From assembly GCA_964252035.1 (NCBI GenBank), contig OZ176200.1: a stretch of DNA of 64,000 nt; one strand, given 5' to 3'. Below, one piece after another: positions 37,901-51,654 of the stretch; position 1 is the first letter of the stretch; each line of letters begins with the position of its first letter. Source of the stretch: Podarcis erhardii. Lineage: Eukaryota. The translations under genes were made by a program, and so were the position numbers. The notes below the pieces were generated by a model. It worked only from the letters and a program-made list of their open reading frames with translations, was not told the origin of the DNA and ran no database searches.

Positions 37901-40900
37901 TCTTAGCTTGATTTAAGGTAGCTTTGACAATGAAACGAAGCAAATGACATACCGTGTCCAAGGACATGAGGTTTTCTAATATTCATGTAATTAGGAAAAG
38001 GGTGTGGTAAAAATGAAGCAAAAGAATGTGCAAGCAGTACAGTGTATGTGGAGAAAATTAACATAATGATTACTACTGATTCAAGGAGCATGGTCAGTCA
38101 CATGGTCCCCTGAATGCACAACCAATTTGTGCCAACAAAGTATCCTTCAGAAGTGTATAATATCATATGTTTTAATAAAAGCTGCTTAATTGTGTTACTT
38201 GTCCATAATTGCACTCCACTCCCTAGCCTGGTCTCATGTCACAGGTGGTCTGGACTTTGACCTTACTATGGATGCCATTGGCTTAGCTGCTTTGATGGCA
38301 CGATGGTGGTTGAAGATAGATAGTGGTATTGGGCTCCGATGTAATGATGGTGCCTCCACACAACAGAGTACTACAGGTACACCAGTCATAACAAGCCAAC
38401 ATGGCACAATGGGTCAATGGAAAAGGTCTGGTGCATCAAAGAGTGGAGCCCACATAAAATGTTAAGTTCACTTCAGTTTTGCTGCTATTCTATGTGTTCA
38501 TAAGTCATCAGCCAGCAAGCAATGCGACCTGTATGTGGTATCAGACCACCACAGGTCAACACAATGCAGACTGCAACTGTGGCACTATCAGAAGCATGAA
38601 GTAACCTAAGCACAGTGCAGGCACCTCAAGAAAGGGAGTTAAGTTACATATTATATGCACTGTGTGATGGAGGAAATAAATAGGCTGAATAATATTTTCC
38701 TCGAAAGCATTTGCCCATGTTATGCAAAGATCAAACCCAAGAGAAAGCAGACTACACAACCTTCTCTCACTCATACAGACAGAAGGGATTGCACAGCCAT
38801 TCTTGCTCCTTCTGGCTCTTTCTCTGAATATCAGGTACCCTGTTTTTAAGCTTTGAAGGGTATTTGGCTGGCTACCAGTTCCTAGAAAGCATGTTTGCTT
38901 ATAAAATACATGCACTTCTTATTAGTGTTTAGTTTTGCAATTCTAAAACATAAAACACAGATAGTCCCTTTAAGCCACTGGCCACCAGTGTAGTGGAGTG
39001 TGGCCTGATCCAAGGTAAGTCACAACAGGAGCACTACCACCATGCAAATATATGGTAAAAAATTGAGAAATAGACCCCCAAATGCATGTTTGGGTTAAAA
39101 GTGAGTCCTGGGTCTGAAAAGGTTGAAGATGCCTCCTTTAAACTGAACAAAGGAACGGTCTTGTAATAAGTTAGGGGAGGGGACAGGAAGTGTCCCTGCA
39201 TGACAACTTTTCACTCTTTATAAATGAGCAGAGAAACAACTTTTCTCCCTCATTTTGTCTGCTCTTCATGCTAGTAGGCAAGTCTTTAGTTCTGTAAAAC
39301 TAATGAAAGTTTTCAGGTGTTTCATTCCTATTTTCCTCCACAGCTTTCCTGGGCTTTGTTTCAGGGCCTGGGGGAGGAAGAGTTGTGAATGTGATATGAC
39401 TCACTTGACTCCTACTCAACCAAATTCCTGTTCCGATTGGTTCTCACTTATGATTGCAGCTTGGCGCATGAGTTATGCGAGCTTAGCTTCCCCTTCTTTC
39501 CCTGCTGTTTTTGTTTTGTGATAAAGGACACGGAGCAAATGAATGCTAGCTCTCTGCTGCTGGCTTCCTTGAACTAGGGAACTGGTAGAAAATCACCCTT
39601 ATCCCCGAACTTCATAAATATAGCTATAGAAAATAAAAAAGAGGCTGTCTGATCTTGTTCGACACAGTAATGTAGTCTCTGTGATGTTAATAGGTGGAGT
39701 CATTGTTTGGCAGGTGTAACTGGTTTCTGTTCTATTACTTCCTCTACATTTCTCTGCTTTCTGGAAATGTTCCTTTTGTTCCTGTCTCTGCTTGCTGACA
39801 TAGCATTTTAAATAGCTTGATAACAGACTTGATGTTTCAGAAAGCAACCTTAAATGACTGATCAATGGTTGAATGCACATATAAACTCAGATATGGAGCA
39901 GATTTCTTTGCTTGATGTCAGCTGCCTATATTTCATTTTCATGTGTAAGTTTTCAGATAAAGTAGTCTAATAAATTCAGATAGTGCAACGTGGTTTGATA
40001 AACTACAAACCAGTCTTTTAAATAGCCACTTGCTTGGTTGCCTGATAAGAATCACGTATAGGTAGCCAGACAAGGCACTGACATCCACCTGTCTTGGGAG
40101 ACAATGGAGGAGTGCGCCTTTTGGGGGCAAAGACCAACTGTGGGAGGTTGCAGCACCTGATAAGAATCACCCATAGGTAGCTGGGCAGGGAAAATAACAT
40201 ACTTTCAGGCCACCACTGAGCCACAAATGGTCAGCATAAGTAAATGTGGGTTGGTGGGGTTCTAAAGTTAGCTAGTGACTGAATTACCTTATTTGCATGT
40301 CTGAGATAAGCAGTCATTTCAAAGGACCCAAGTGCCTAGAAATGTCACCTAGATAGGTCAGGAGCCATAGAGTTCTAGAACAGATGACAGAAGTCTGGAA
40401 TATACACCACTGTAAAGTGGTGGGGGTGGGGGTGGGGTGGGAGAACTTGATAAAAGAATGGACTGATAAGGCAATGTCTGAGTGGATTGAGTAGGCAATG
40501 GCTGAGCAGTTTTAAGAGCTGGCCAATGGCCACCAAAGGGGATGGGGGGGGGGAGAGAAATCCAAAGAACCTGAAACAGATTCTGCTGTAGCAGAAAACA
40601 TACGGAGTTAAAATTTGTAGGGAATTGGGTGCTCTTAAGAGTTCAGGGTTATTGCTGTATGAAACACTGAACTACTTTTAAGACAAGAGTGTGGAAACAT
40701 TTTTTTGCTTGAGAGTGCTCCATTCTCTTACATACAATCTTTCAGGGACCTCATGCTAGCAGTGGGTGGGGATGAAGCCAAATGTGGGTAGGACACACTC
40801 ATTCCTTTCTCCGCCCTATCTCTCATTTCCCCCTCCTTACTGCCTGCATGAAATTAGCCTGATAGGTTTGTGCAGGATTGAAAACCAGGCAGGTTGCTTG

Positions 40901-41621
40901 AACTGTGAATGCCCTGGCTGTACCACAGATTCTAGGATGAACTGTGTAGGAACAATAGTGCATGGGGGGGATTTCAATTTAAGTGCACATAACTTCTGGT
41001 TTGAGGGCTGTATTATTATTGCTTATCATATTTGATGGTTTCTGCATTCAGCCATTTGGGAAAAAATGAGTTCTCTAGTGGATGTGTGCAGTGTTTAATT
41101 TTTTTAAAAGAGTTTTTAAAGTTACGAATATTTGTTAATCCATCTTGAGACGCCTTCTATAAGTGGGGGAAAGTAACTGGTAGCACTTTGGCCTAATGAA
41201 CCAGTATATTTTTTTCATTTATTTCCTTGATCTGAAACATGACCATACTTTTAGGATCCCTCTTGAATACTCGGAATGCATACTGAGGAGTTCATTAAGT
41301 AGCACCCAATAGGTTGAGAGAGCTCGATGATCCTACAGATATGTGTAACTGTAGTGCCATAGTTAATTGCTAAATTACATCTTGTTTGAAGTACATGTCT
41401 ATTCTGCCACTGCTGCCTGTCAGTTACACTTTCATTGTAACAGCTACTGTATCACACATAAGGGACAGTGCCGATGCAGTTGGCTTGGACCACCTATATT
41501 AATCCTTTGAAAGCCCGACAGTAAATGGATTTATACACTATAAATTATAAACAAGTGTATATAGTGTTTTGCAAGTTAAATAATGTAATGCCTTGTATTT
41601 TTGTGTCTGTTTCCATGATAG

Positions 41622-41795
41622 AAAAGAGTGGTTGAACAGCTGCGGAAGAATTTGATGGTAAAGCAGGAACAGCCGGACAGTAAGTTTCAAATACAACCAT
41701 TGGCACAGTCAGAAAATAAAATACAAACTCCACAGCCACTACAGCTACAGCAGCAGCAAACTACTGCAGCCTCTCCAAACCTGCTTGGATCACAG
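41622..41795 (+). CDS. PHF21A: PHF21A internal exon (174 nt, phase 0-0): [58 protein letters not shown]
   Basis: AG at 41620-21 and GTAAAC donor at 41796. The peptide matches recalled human PHF21[27 protein letters not shown]. Confidence 0.96.
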
Positions 41796-44700
41796 GTAAA
41801 CTGGTTGAAGGTGTTACACTAATTTTCAAAATGTATTCCTTTCTTAGAATGAAATGTATCACTGTATAAAGAAGAGAACACAAAATCAGAGTTAACCTAT
41901 CATAATCCAGTGCACACTTGCTAGAGAGTAAGTCATATTGAATTCAGTAAGGCTCAATTCTGAATCAACATGTGTAAGATTGTGCTACAAAGCTATCAGT
42001 AGCATTTAAGTGAAACAAGAGCACTTTATGAACTTGAGTCTAAGCATGGATCACTCCCTGCTTCCTCAGAAAGCTAAGTCAATTGCTGGATTTTGAAGTA
42101 ACAGTATTATATGAATCTTGCATGCTTTAGTTTTTAATGTTTTTTTTAGGACCCACATGATGAACTGATGTGCAACACTGCGCATCAGGTTAACCAGGTT
42201 GTCTTTAACAGTTAAGGCACAGCTAATCTGTGCTAAGTGCTCTGAGTATACACTCTTGCTTTAAGAACTGGATCAGAATACAGTCCACCTTGCAGCATTT
42301 TCTGTAAGGAAATGGAAAATAATGTGGAATTGTCTTGAGTTTTCTCTTTTTGTGGAAATGATTGCCTTCAGAAGTTGTTAACTAGGGAACTACAAGTGTC
42401 CAGAGATCTTAGTTCAATATGTTTCAGCAGCATGAAACAGAATACCAGAAATAATAATATAAAACCAAACAGGCTATAAACAAAGAAATACATAGAAAGG
42501 ATCCTCATAAACTGCCCCCCCACTGTCTTCCCCCCACAAATACAATAACAGAGATTAATGTAGTTGCATCTATAATTGCTGAGGGCATTTGCTGCAATTT
42601 CAGTAAGCTTGAATCACATAGTCAGTTTAGAAAGCTAGTTGCTTGAATTAGAAAAAAATAAGTTATTTGTGTGTAGACATTTGGCAATCTAGCTTCTGAT
42701 ATATGGCTTATAATGAGGCAGAGGAGAGTAAACTCTCATCTCAACAGGGAACAACTATTCCTCTTTCTGTTCTCAGCATGATAGAGACTATACTCTAGAG
42801 ACTGGGAAATCTTACTGAAAATGGTGGCCCCTTGTTAAAGAAAACCCTTTCCCATCAGTAACATGCCATGACACTGTGTTTCCCTATCAGCAGCAAAATA
42901 TATGGAGCAGAAGCAAGGAAGTGCACAGGGTGATGACATCTGGACACATGCACAAGATGTTACAAAGGAGGAGCTTGACATGAGGCATTTGTTTTTGGCA
43001 TTTATTTCATTTAGTTCTGTTCTTGGAAACTTCGTCTGGGGAGCCACAGCTCAGTAGCAGTGATGCTTTACATACACAAGGTTCCAGAGTCAACCTGTGG
43101 CATTTCCAAGTTAGGGTTGGGAAAGACTCCTGCCTGAAAATCTCTGGCATCTCCAAGTTAGGATCAGGAGAGACTACTAACTGGATTGCTTGAAAAATCA
43201 CTGCTAGTTAGTGCAAATGCTAAGCTAAGTGCACTAGTGGTCTGACTTCATGTAAGGCAGTGTGTTGGCCCTTTTGGACGGCAGCATATCAGGGCATCAT
43301 TGCTATTAATATATACACTTTTATCTCACTCTTCAACTGAAGAAAGGTCCCCGAAAAGGCTTACAGAGATCAATCTTTGCCCTTGGGCTTACAACTTAAA
43401 CTAAGTGACACTAAAGAGAATGGGAATTGGTGGGAAGGCGAAGTGGAAAGCCAACTCGGTCATTAGTATGTTGTTACAAAGTTCTTATAAAAACCAACTG
43501 GAATGGAAGTAGTTTAAGGACAGAAAGCAAGCAAAAAACTGCTGCCCTTCCTTTCCTTCTCTCCCTTGGTTTCATTCAGCATGATGGAATGGGCATTGCT
43601 AGATCATAGCTGGGAAGAGAGAAAGCTTCATAGGGTGGTGCACTTTCATCAGAAGAGGAGAAAGATCGGGATTGGCCTGCTATGAATATCCTACCATCAA
43701 TTCATGTCTATACAGAGAATTGCAGGACAGTTGGTGGAATACTTACTTTTTAGTTCGCAAGGCTCTGCTTTGTATGGGAATTGTTCACCTGGAAGTCGAT
43801 ATATATTACTGACTAAGACCACTTCAGATATTGCTCTAGGAATTCAGAATTGTCGGACTCTCATCTGACTTTTCCACTTGATGTGCTTTTAAAGTAACTG
43901 AAGCAAAATAATATTTAAAATGTGAGAGAGCAAAGTGTGCATTAACAAGTATATCTTTCAGGTAGATTGTGAGTCATTTTTTAATTATTGGTGTCTGCTT
44001 TTATCTAGAGTTTTGACTGTAAAGGGACACTCATGTTCTTCTCTGTATTCTGTGCTGTGCACTTTGAGATTAACTTCCAGGTCATTTCTGCATTTGTACA
44101 AAGTTATGTTCAATGCTAAAGAGCCCTCTAGCGAAACTGTATTGAAATTGCTTCTACTCTTTCCTTGCCAGCATCCAATTAGGGTGTTTCTTAGAAAGCA
44201 CTGAATCTGCAACCCGTTCCTTTAATGTGTATAGAGAAAACCAAGTTATAACTTATCTCTGAATTGTCTACTCGGAAATCTGCAATGCTTTCCAAATTAG
44301 TCTTCTTTAAAACTAGCTAAATATGTGCTTTCTCATTTGAAATAATTATAAACAAAGCATTTTCCACATTGCAACAACCACAATAAGTTCTTCAATAAGG
44401 GATTTTAGCAGACCTGATTATTTTTAGTTGTGGAATGTGTTGTGTAAATCATAAGAACTAGTGAAAACACTGTCATAATAGTGATGCTAAAATGTAGTTG
44501 TGATGTACTTTTACTGATTATGCTGAAAGCCCCTCATTTTAGCCTTGATACTTGAGCTTTGAAATATCACAGGAAATTGAAGGTGTTTCAACAATATAAA
44601 ATTACATAAAATACCAATTCAATTAAATCTGATAATGAAAAAGGAACATTAGAGCAACAGCAAAAACAAAAAAATTCAATTCAATATCAAATGCTTGGAA

Positions 44701-45400
44701 AATTCTGCTAAAGTACACATTGCATCTATTTTGCACCTCAGTGTTCCTGGGTCCATGGTTGCTGAGTACAAGCACACACACCCTGCTGCTCCTGCCCAGT
44801 ACATTGTGCCCACTAATACAACTGTTGGTGGCCAAGGTTCTCAGACTCCTGTCTGCTACTGAACAGTTAGTTCAACACTCTGTCTAGGGCATTTCTATGC
44901 AAATTCTCCTAAATTCCCTATCAACCAAATGTCCATCTACCTGGATTCAGTATTAGCCTGTTAACTCTTACCCATTTGACCACAGCCTACAAACACTGGT
45001 TCAAAACAAATCCCATTTGACACTGCCTATGGCATCGTATAGGTACACGAATGTTTGGGGGACATGGAATTGACAAGAGACATGGGGACATTATATGCGC
45101 CAAAGCATGTACTATCAAGACATGATTGATTTCACACACAGTTCACCAATGCATTAAGCAAGCCATGGCGTGGTGTTTCCTGTGTGGTCTATATGTGGAA
45201 GGTTTATTGAAAGTATTTATAAAGGAGTAGGCTGATTCCATACAGCTTTGACAGGTAAGAAATCGGTGTTTTAAATCTTCCCAGTTGCATTTCCCTTGCA
45301 TTTTAGCTTCTGCTTTCTCACTTGTGAATTTCTAGAGCAAACTCTGTCCAGTTTGCGATGAATAGGTTCCAAAGTGTTTTTTGTTTTTTGTTTCTCTTAG

Positions 45401-45655
45401 AAGACGGTAACTACAGCTTCTATGATCACCACTAAGACACTACCTCTTGTCCTGAAAGCAGCAACAGCAACCATGCCTGCCTCCGTTGTGGGTCCAAGAC
45501 CTACAATTGCCATGGTGACTGCCATCAATAGCAACCAGAAAACTGTCCTTAGCACTGATGCACAGAACACGCCAGTCAACCTCCAGACAACAAATAAAGT
45601 CACTGGTCCAGGAACAGAGGCAGTTCAAATAGTGGCAAAAAATACAGTCACATTG
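45401..45655 (+). CDS. PHF21A: PHF21A internal exon (255 nt, phase 0-0): [44 protein letters not shown]...[12 protein letters not shown]
   Basis: tttctcttag acceptor and GTAAGT donor at 45656. Near-identical to recalled human PHF21A; overlaps track ORF 45422..45685. Confidence 0.97.
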
Positions 45656-46890
45656 GTAAGTGGTCTTTGTTGCCTAATGTTCTAAGGACGTGACCCATTT
45701 TTTTAAAAATTCCCTTGTTGAAACAGAGATGCATGCCCTTTGGGGCATATACAGGTATTGAGAAACTTTGTTTAATGTGAGAAAATACTTTTGCTCTAAT
45801 GGGTTTCAATTTTTAAAATAATTTACTACTTGAACAAAAGATTACTATCATATCATATTTTTCCTTGGTGTGCTGAAAGATAATTGACAATGCACCTTCA
45901 CTCCAACTTTTTACAATGCTCTGCTTGCCAATAAAGGCATGTAGGACCATGCATGGACTTACCTTATGTAGGTTATGGTTTTAAATGTATGTTCCCTTCA
46001 CTGCTTATATTAAAATTATTTTAATGAGGCTCACCAACGTTGTCTATTTTTTGCTGCTGCTGGATCCACAAACACATCATCCTGCATGACGGGATCTAGC
46101 CAGCATCTTCCTCAACCTGCGAACCAGTCTTTCTCAGGGGCGCTTTTGTGACTAACTAGTAACTCTGATAATCAGTTTCACAAAGTACTAAGCAGTTGAA
46201 GCCCACAGAAATGTAAAAAGTAACTTGAGTGGAAAATATATCCTTGTGAGGGAGGCCAGGCATTTAAACAGAGTTTTGCTGTTTAGATAAGAATTGATCC
46301 AGAGCTGCAGCTGTAATGAAATCCATTTATACCCTAAAGTATTTCATTCCCAAAGCAAATTACTGTATATGAAAACAGTGTTCTACACATTTAAGAGAGA
46401 ACCAGAGTCCTAATGTACTAAATTATTTATCTAGTACCTAACACTTATCCTTCCAGCATTTTTGAATATTATTGTTTATGCCCTCTTATCAAATATTTCA
46501 AACCATCCCCCCAAGTTATGAAGCCTTAGCACAATTAAGCATCATGTGCAGCTCCATTTGAATGGGCAGCCAAACCTGATTATTCTTTGTGGTTATTTGT
46601 AGTGCATTGACTCGTAAAACAAAGAGGAGAATTCAGAAATGTCAAGGATGAGGGCATATTTTTAAAAATAGTAGAGTTCTTGGGTTTTACATGCTGGTGA
46701 AACAAAAGGATACTTAGCTTCATTATGCCCATGAAATGCCATTTTATTTCAGAATGGCTTGAAGAGCAAGAATCTATTTACTGTGAGAAAGGTAGGCTGT
46801 GCCTGAATAGCTTTGAAGCTGCTTATCACACCTATTCCCTTTGCTTAAATTTGTCTGCCTTCCCACCCGCCCCACTCTTATTGTTAGCAG

Positions 46891-46977
46891 GTTCAAGCTA
46901 CACCTCCTCAGCCCATCAAAGTGCCACAGTTCATCCCTCCTCCCAGACTCACACCTCGTCCAAATTTTCTTCCACAG
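46891..46977 (+). CDS. PHF21A: PHF21A internal exon (87 nt, phase 0-0): [29 protein letters not shown]; tandem TAGCAG acceptor allows a start at 46888
   Basis: ttgttagcag acceptor and GTGAGT donor at 46978. The peptide matches recalled human sequence. Confidence 0.96.
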
Positions 46978-47659
46978 GTGAGTTTGTCCAAAACAGGAAA
47001 AGGGGTAGGAGTGGGGAGTTTGTCCTAAAAGTGTGACTTTGATTGGAAGAAGTACAACACCAGATGTTTCGTATACTTGGTAATAATTGAACACTAACTA
47101 ATATGCTTTCCAGATTAAATCTCCAGCTTTGCTATCATATTTTTGTTTCCCTGGCAGCTCTCTACCTTGCACTAGTTCTGTAAGAACTGAATTAAAGACG
47201 AGATGATGAAGAAATGCCTTTCTTGTTAATAACCTTTACATTAATAACCTGAATATTTTTCATAGTTTCTTTGATTAAAGAGACCCTATTTAAGGCAGAG
47301 GGCTTAAAAACTCTTTCCATGGCAGGAAAACTGGGTGCTGAAAGAGCCTTGTTTTCCAGGCTTTGGAAGGTCACATGAGGGCTCTGGAGGCTTTTATGAG
47401 AGATTGTGTGGCCCCTTCTGATGGTTTTTTCCAGTCTCCCACCCGCTTTCTATTTATTTTTTGGCGAAGTATGCAAGGCTGCAATTGTGTAAGTTTTGGG
47501 CCTACTGTAGTTCTTTCCAGTGCAGATGTGTAGCACTATATAATACAAACACTACTGTAATCTGAGTCATATTTGTTGGCACAGCCATAAGTTATGTGTT
47601 AAGTACTATATCTTATCTATGCATGTAGTCTGATATGGGTTTCTCTCTCTCTTATGTAG

Positions 47660-47959
47660 GTTCGACCTAAACCTGTTGCCCAGAACAACATTCCTATCGC
47701 CCCTGCCCCACCTCCTCCTATGCTCGCTGCTCCTCAGCTTATTCAGAGGCCTGTGATGCTGACAACAAAATTCACACCCACCTCCTTACCTTCCTCTCAG
47801 AATTCCATACACCCAGTCCGTGTAGTGAATGGGCAAACAGCAACCATAGCCAAAACTTTTCCAATGGCACAACTCACCAGCATTGTTATAGCAGCCCCAG
47901 GTACCAGGCTTGCTGGACCTCAGACTCTACAAATCAGCAAACCAAATGTTGAGAAACAG
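47660..47959 (+). CDS. PHF21A: PHF21A internal exon (300 nt, phase 0-0): [34 protein letters not shown]...ISKPNVEKQ
   Basis: ctctcttatgtag acceptor and GTATTA donor at 47960; overlaps track ORF 47720..47974. Confidence 0.97.
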
Positions 47960-49028
47960 GTATTAGTAGTTTAAACTGTGAATTGTTTTCTTCTCCTAAA
48001 GTCAATAGAATTAATGGAGATACAAATGCAATTAACCATAACATAAGACCTGTCCTCTCATTGCCTCTCCTGTGGTTAGCAATCTTGTGTGACCGAGAGC
48101 AGGGCTGTGCCCACTAGCCCTTCCATACCAGCCATCCCATCCCCTTCCACCGCCACTTAGAATGTCCATATGTTGGAGAAACTTGGGCAGGCTCCCTGCA
48201 CAATTTGGAAAAGGGATGGGTGGATCAGTCCATTTCCAGCCTGTGTCCATTTCCTGTGTGTGCTCATAGGTGCAGTCCATCCTGTTTCCATATTAAGCTG
48301 AGCAGTTTTTAAAAGACTGTCCAAAACTCTGCATTTAAATACATAAATACATAAATATGTATTTTAATATCAAAATATGTATTTAGTTGTGTATTTTCCA
48401 AACTGGCGTTTGGAAAGCCTATTTTATCCTAAAGCAAATTCCCATTTTTTAACGCATTTTGACACTTTTTTTTGAGCCAAGAACAATATTGCAAAATTTG
48501 GAGAAGTGCAAAATCCAAAGTATAATTTTGTTTCAATCTGTTTATTTAGTTTGGGAGGTGCATTTGCTTAAAAATGCAGGCCAAGTGAAATTTTCCTGCA
48601 TCCCAAATTTATAATCCTGATTTCACTGGATTCTATATCACAGGGGGTGGATACACATATAGGGTAGGCTCTCCTGTTCAGAGGTTTCTTGCAATGTATG
48701 GATGGGGCAGGGTTGGCAGGAGAGGACGCTGGTGGACAAGCCAGCAAGTCACACCACTGTTCTCTGTCTCATGCCGATCGTGAGATACAATGTGTGAATA
48801 GGGATGGTTGATAATACCTTGTTCCTCAGACAGGGATTGGGAATGTACCAATAATTCATAATGAGTGAGCAGTTAATTTGTGATTTTATATATAGTACAT
48901 CAGAATAATTAAAATTTACTCGTTTTGTGCTTTTTCTGCTGCTTCAGCATAAAACATTAACCATCAAATAATATTTATCCATAATCTTGCTGACATTTAT
49001 GATGAAGCAGACATGCAGATGACTGACT

Positions 49029-49286
49029 GGAGAGCCAGTGTGGTGTAGTGGTTAAGAGTGGTAGTCTCATAATCTGGGGAACCGGGTTCGCGTCTCCACT
49101 CCTCCACATGCAGCTGCTGGGTGACCTTGGGCCAGTCACGCTTCTTTGAAGTCTCTCAGCCCCACTCACCTCACAGAGTGTTTGTTGTGGGGGAGGAAGG
49201 GAAAGGAGAATTTTAGCCGCTTTGAGACTCCTTAAAGGGAGTGAAAGGCGGGATATCAAATCCAAACTCTTCTTCTTCTTCTTCTT
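49029..49286 (+). mobile_element. tRNA-derived MIR/Ther1-like SINE (Squam3-like), near full length
   Basis: A box TGGTGTAGTGG at 49041-51, B-box-like GGTTCGCGTCTC at about 49085, core gctgggtgaccttgggccagtcac, (TTC)n tail. Confidence 0.75.
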
Positions 49287-49836
49287 AATTACCATCAGTT
49301 TCAGCTAACCTTTTGTAAGTAGTTTATAACGCTGGACATTTGAGAATTTCCTCTAATTCCATCTATCAGATGTAGGCCTTTTTGTGCAAATGCACTTTAA
49401 ACTGACCTTTGAGTCTACTGATCAAAAGCTTGCTTGGTTTCAGTCTTATAAGCTTGACAAATTTGCCACGAGCGGTTATTTTTTAAGTAGACAGAAGTGT
49501 GTCACCTTTCCCCCCAAAACTTACATTATCGTCTTCTCTTCAAAACACTCTGAAGCATATGCAAGGTGATATGGCACTGCAACAGGTGGCAATGTGCCAA
49601 GACTGGCCACAACTCTAGGTTTCATAGAAGCAAGGACCTTCAGCAAAAACCCTAGTGCTTAAATGTGAAAGAAAAGCCTATACATAGTACCAGTGCAGAG
49701 AAACCGCCTTTCAGCCCTTATGTACTGAGGAAGGCTGCTTCCAGTCTGGTCATGGCTTTTCTTGTTGTAAATAGGCAGAAAGTTTTCTCAAGTGTGAACA
49801 GAGCCAGATCTCTCTTTTCCACTTGCCAGTCTTAGG

Positions 49837-49837
<1 letters not shown>

Positions 49838-49873
<36 letters not shown>
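49838..49873. repeat. (AC)n microsatellite
   Basis: Read directly. Confidence 0.95.
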
Positions 49874-49875
<2 letters not shown>

Positions 49876-50856
49876 ATTTATTTATAATAAAAGGTACACC
49901 CTCCTACTTTTATTTTCTAAGGGAGATGTCCAAAGTGGCCACCATCATTTCAAATAAAACAATTAAGAAACAAGGTTTCATCCTCACTTGTCAAACCATT
50001 GGTCTAGTTTGCACAAACCACAAACCATAGTTTAGTGTTAGGTTCTTGAGTTTCCCCCTCTGCTCTTCCAGCACAACTGCACTTATAGTGTTAGTTGTGG
50101 TTCATCCAAACAAGCAAGTAGGATCACACAGTCTAGTAAATGGGGCCGAGAAGTAATGCAAAATAATTCACAATTTCAAACAATATGGTTCAAGTTATTT
50201 CTTCATGTTTCTCTTATTTCTGAGTGAACACATTGAAAACATATTTGTCATCTTAGAACAGATGGTTCTAATTTTGTGACATCACAGCTATGTCATAAAG
50301 TGGGAATCATTGGGCAGGCACTTATGATGCAATATGCAGGGCATTATGACATCACTAAGCGAATGAGTTTCAGGAAAACCCAGCACTTGGGAATTCTGGA
50401 GAACTTATCTTCAGGCAAATTCTTGTTATAGTGAATAATGAATGAGAGAGATGCAAGGTGCATCTCTCAGACAGATTATTGTCTGGACAAGCTTTTCATG
50501 GAATGTTATTTCACAAAACGTTCTGCTTACCAGGTCTCTCTTATACGTAGCCCCTCTTATCCACAGCATGGATGCAAAGTTATTATTATTACATGATCTA
50601 GTTGCTGAATTGGGCTACTTAAGTGTTGCAGTTGTACACTTGATGTTCTAAGTAGTAATTTTTATTTGGGATTGTGTTTTCACTACTTAAAATTTACCAC
50701 ACTTTTTAAAGGAGCTCTTGGGGAAAATATTTAGTGTATTGTTCGGATTCATTTCCATCCTTTTCTTCATTTTGGTAAAGAAAAACACTGGCTGCTGTTT
50801 CTGTTTGTTTAGGAATTTAAGAAACCCGTGTTCACTTGCTGTTGTTTCCCTTTCAG

Positions 50857-50955
50857 ACCATCAAGCCCCAAGCGGAAACAGAGGAGAAGCCAACAGAGAT
50901 TCATACCGTTGCTCCTCCTGCACCACCCAAACCAAAACGAGAAGAAAACCCACAG
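50857..50955 (+). CDS. PHF21A: PHF21A internal exon (99 nt, phase 0-0): TIKPQAETEEKPTEIHTVAPPAPPKPKREENPQ
   Basis: tttccctttcag acceptor and GTACTA donor at 50956. PKPKREENPQ matches recalled human sequence. Confidence 0.95.
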
Positions 50956-51620
50956 GTACTAGTACAAATATCTACAATATCCTTTTGTGGGGTTGGGCAG
51001 ATTAAAAAAAAAAAATCTTTAGAAATGCTTATTTTCATCTACATTTTAATGCCACTTTTCCTCTTAAAAGAGATTCACATTCTTCACAGTGTTATTGCTG
51101 CAATGAAGAGGTCTATATGTCTGAGGAATGCTATATCTAGCCACAAATTCCTGTTCACCAAATATTTTCAGGGCTGGAAGAAAGAATGCAAGAGCTCCTG
51201 ACCTTATGAGAATGATGCATGTATGTAGCACTTAAGGGTGTTCAAAGTGCTTCATGTTTTCTTAGTAATTTTTGCAATAACCCTGTAATGGAGGCTGAAA
51301 GGAGGCTGAAAGAATCTAGCCTTGCTTTAAGTTCTTGTCTAAGGTAAGGCTTGAACAGTGGCTTTTCCAGCTTGCTCTACTGTGCTATATACATAGAAAT
51401 CCCAAATTGCCCTTAGCTCTTTTGAGTGTTAAGATTGCATCACGCACGGCAACTTCTCCAATTCCACAGACACATTTTAAATATGTTTCGGTTGGCCTTG
51501 TTTGGCTAAGGAAAAGTTGTATTCGCTGGCGCCTTGACTGCCCCTCCCCTTTGCAAAGGTAGCATGGGGGCTTAAGGATGTCCCAAGAGATTTTGTGCAA
51601 GGATGACCAATACACTCATC

Positions 51621-51622
<2 letters not shown>

Positions 51623-51652
<30 letters not shown>
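51623..51652. repeat. (AC)n microsatellite
   Basis: Read directly. Confidence 0.95.

Positions 51653-51654
<2 letters not shown>

Larger units (their letters stand above)
1..41621 (+). other. PHF21A: Distal part of a very long PHF21A intron (upstream coding exons lie outside the window)
   Basis: No PHF21A N-terminal exons (MELQTLQEALK..., NADLKKQLHELQ...) were found by eye in 1-41621. The region ends in a pyrimidine-rich acceptor (...ttccatgatag at 41621). Human PHF21A is recalled to have a very long intron at this position. Confidence 0.8.

Noticed and set aside
40422-40441. Canonical G-quadruplex-forming run GGGGGTGGGGGTGGGGTGGG
   Set aside because: Common low-complexity motif 1.2 kb from the nearest exon, with nothing pointing to function.
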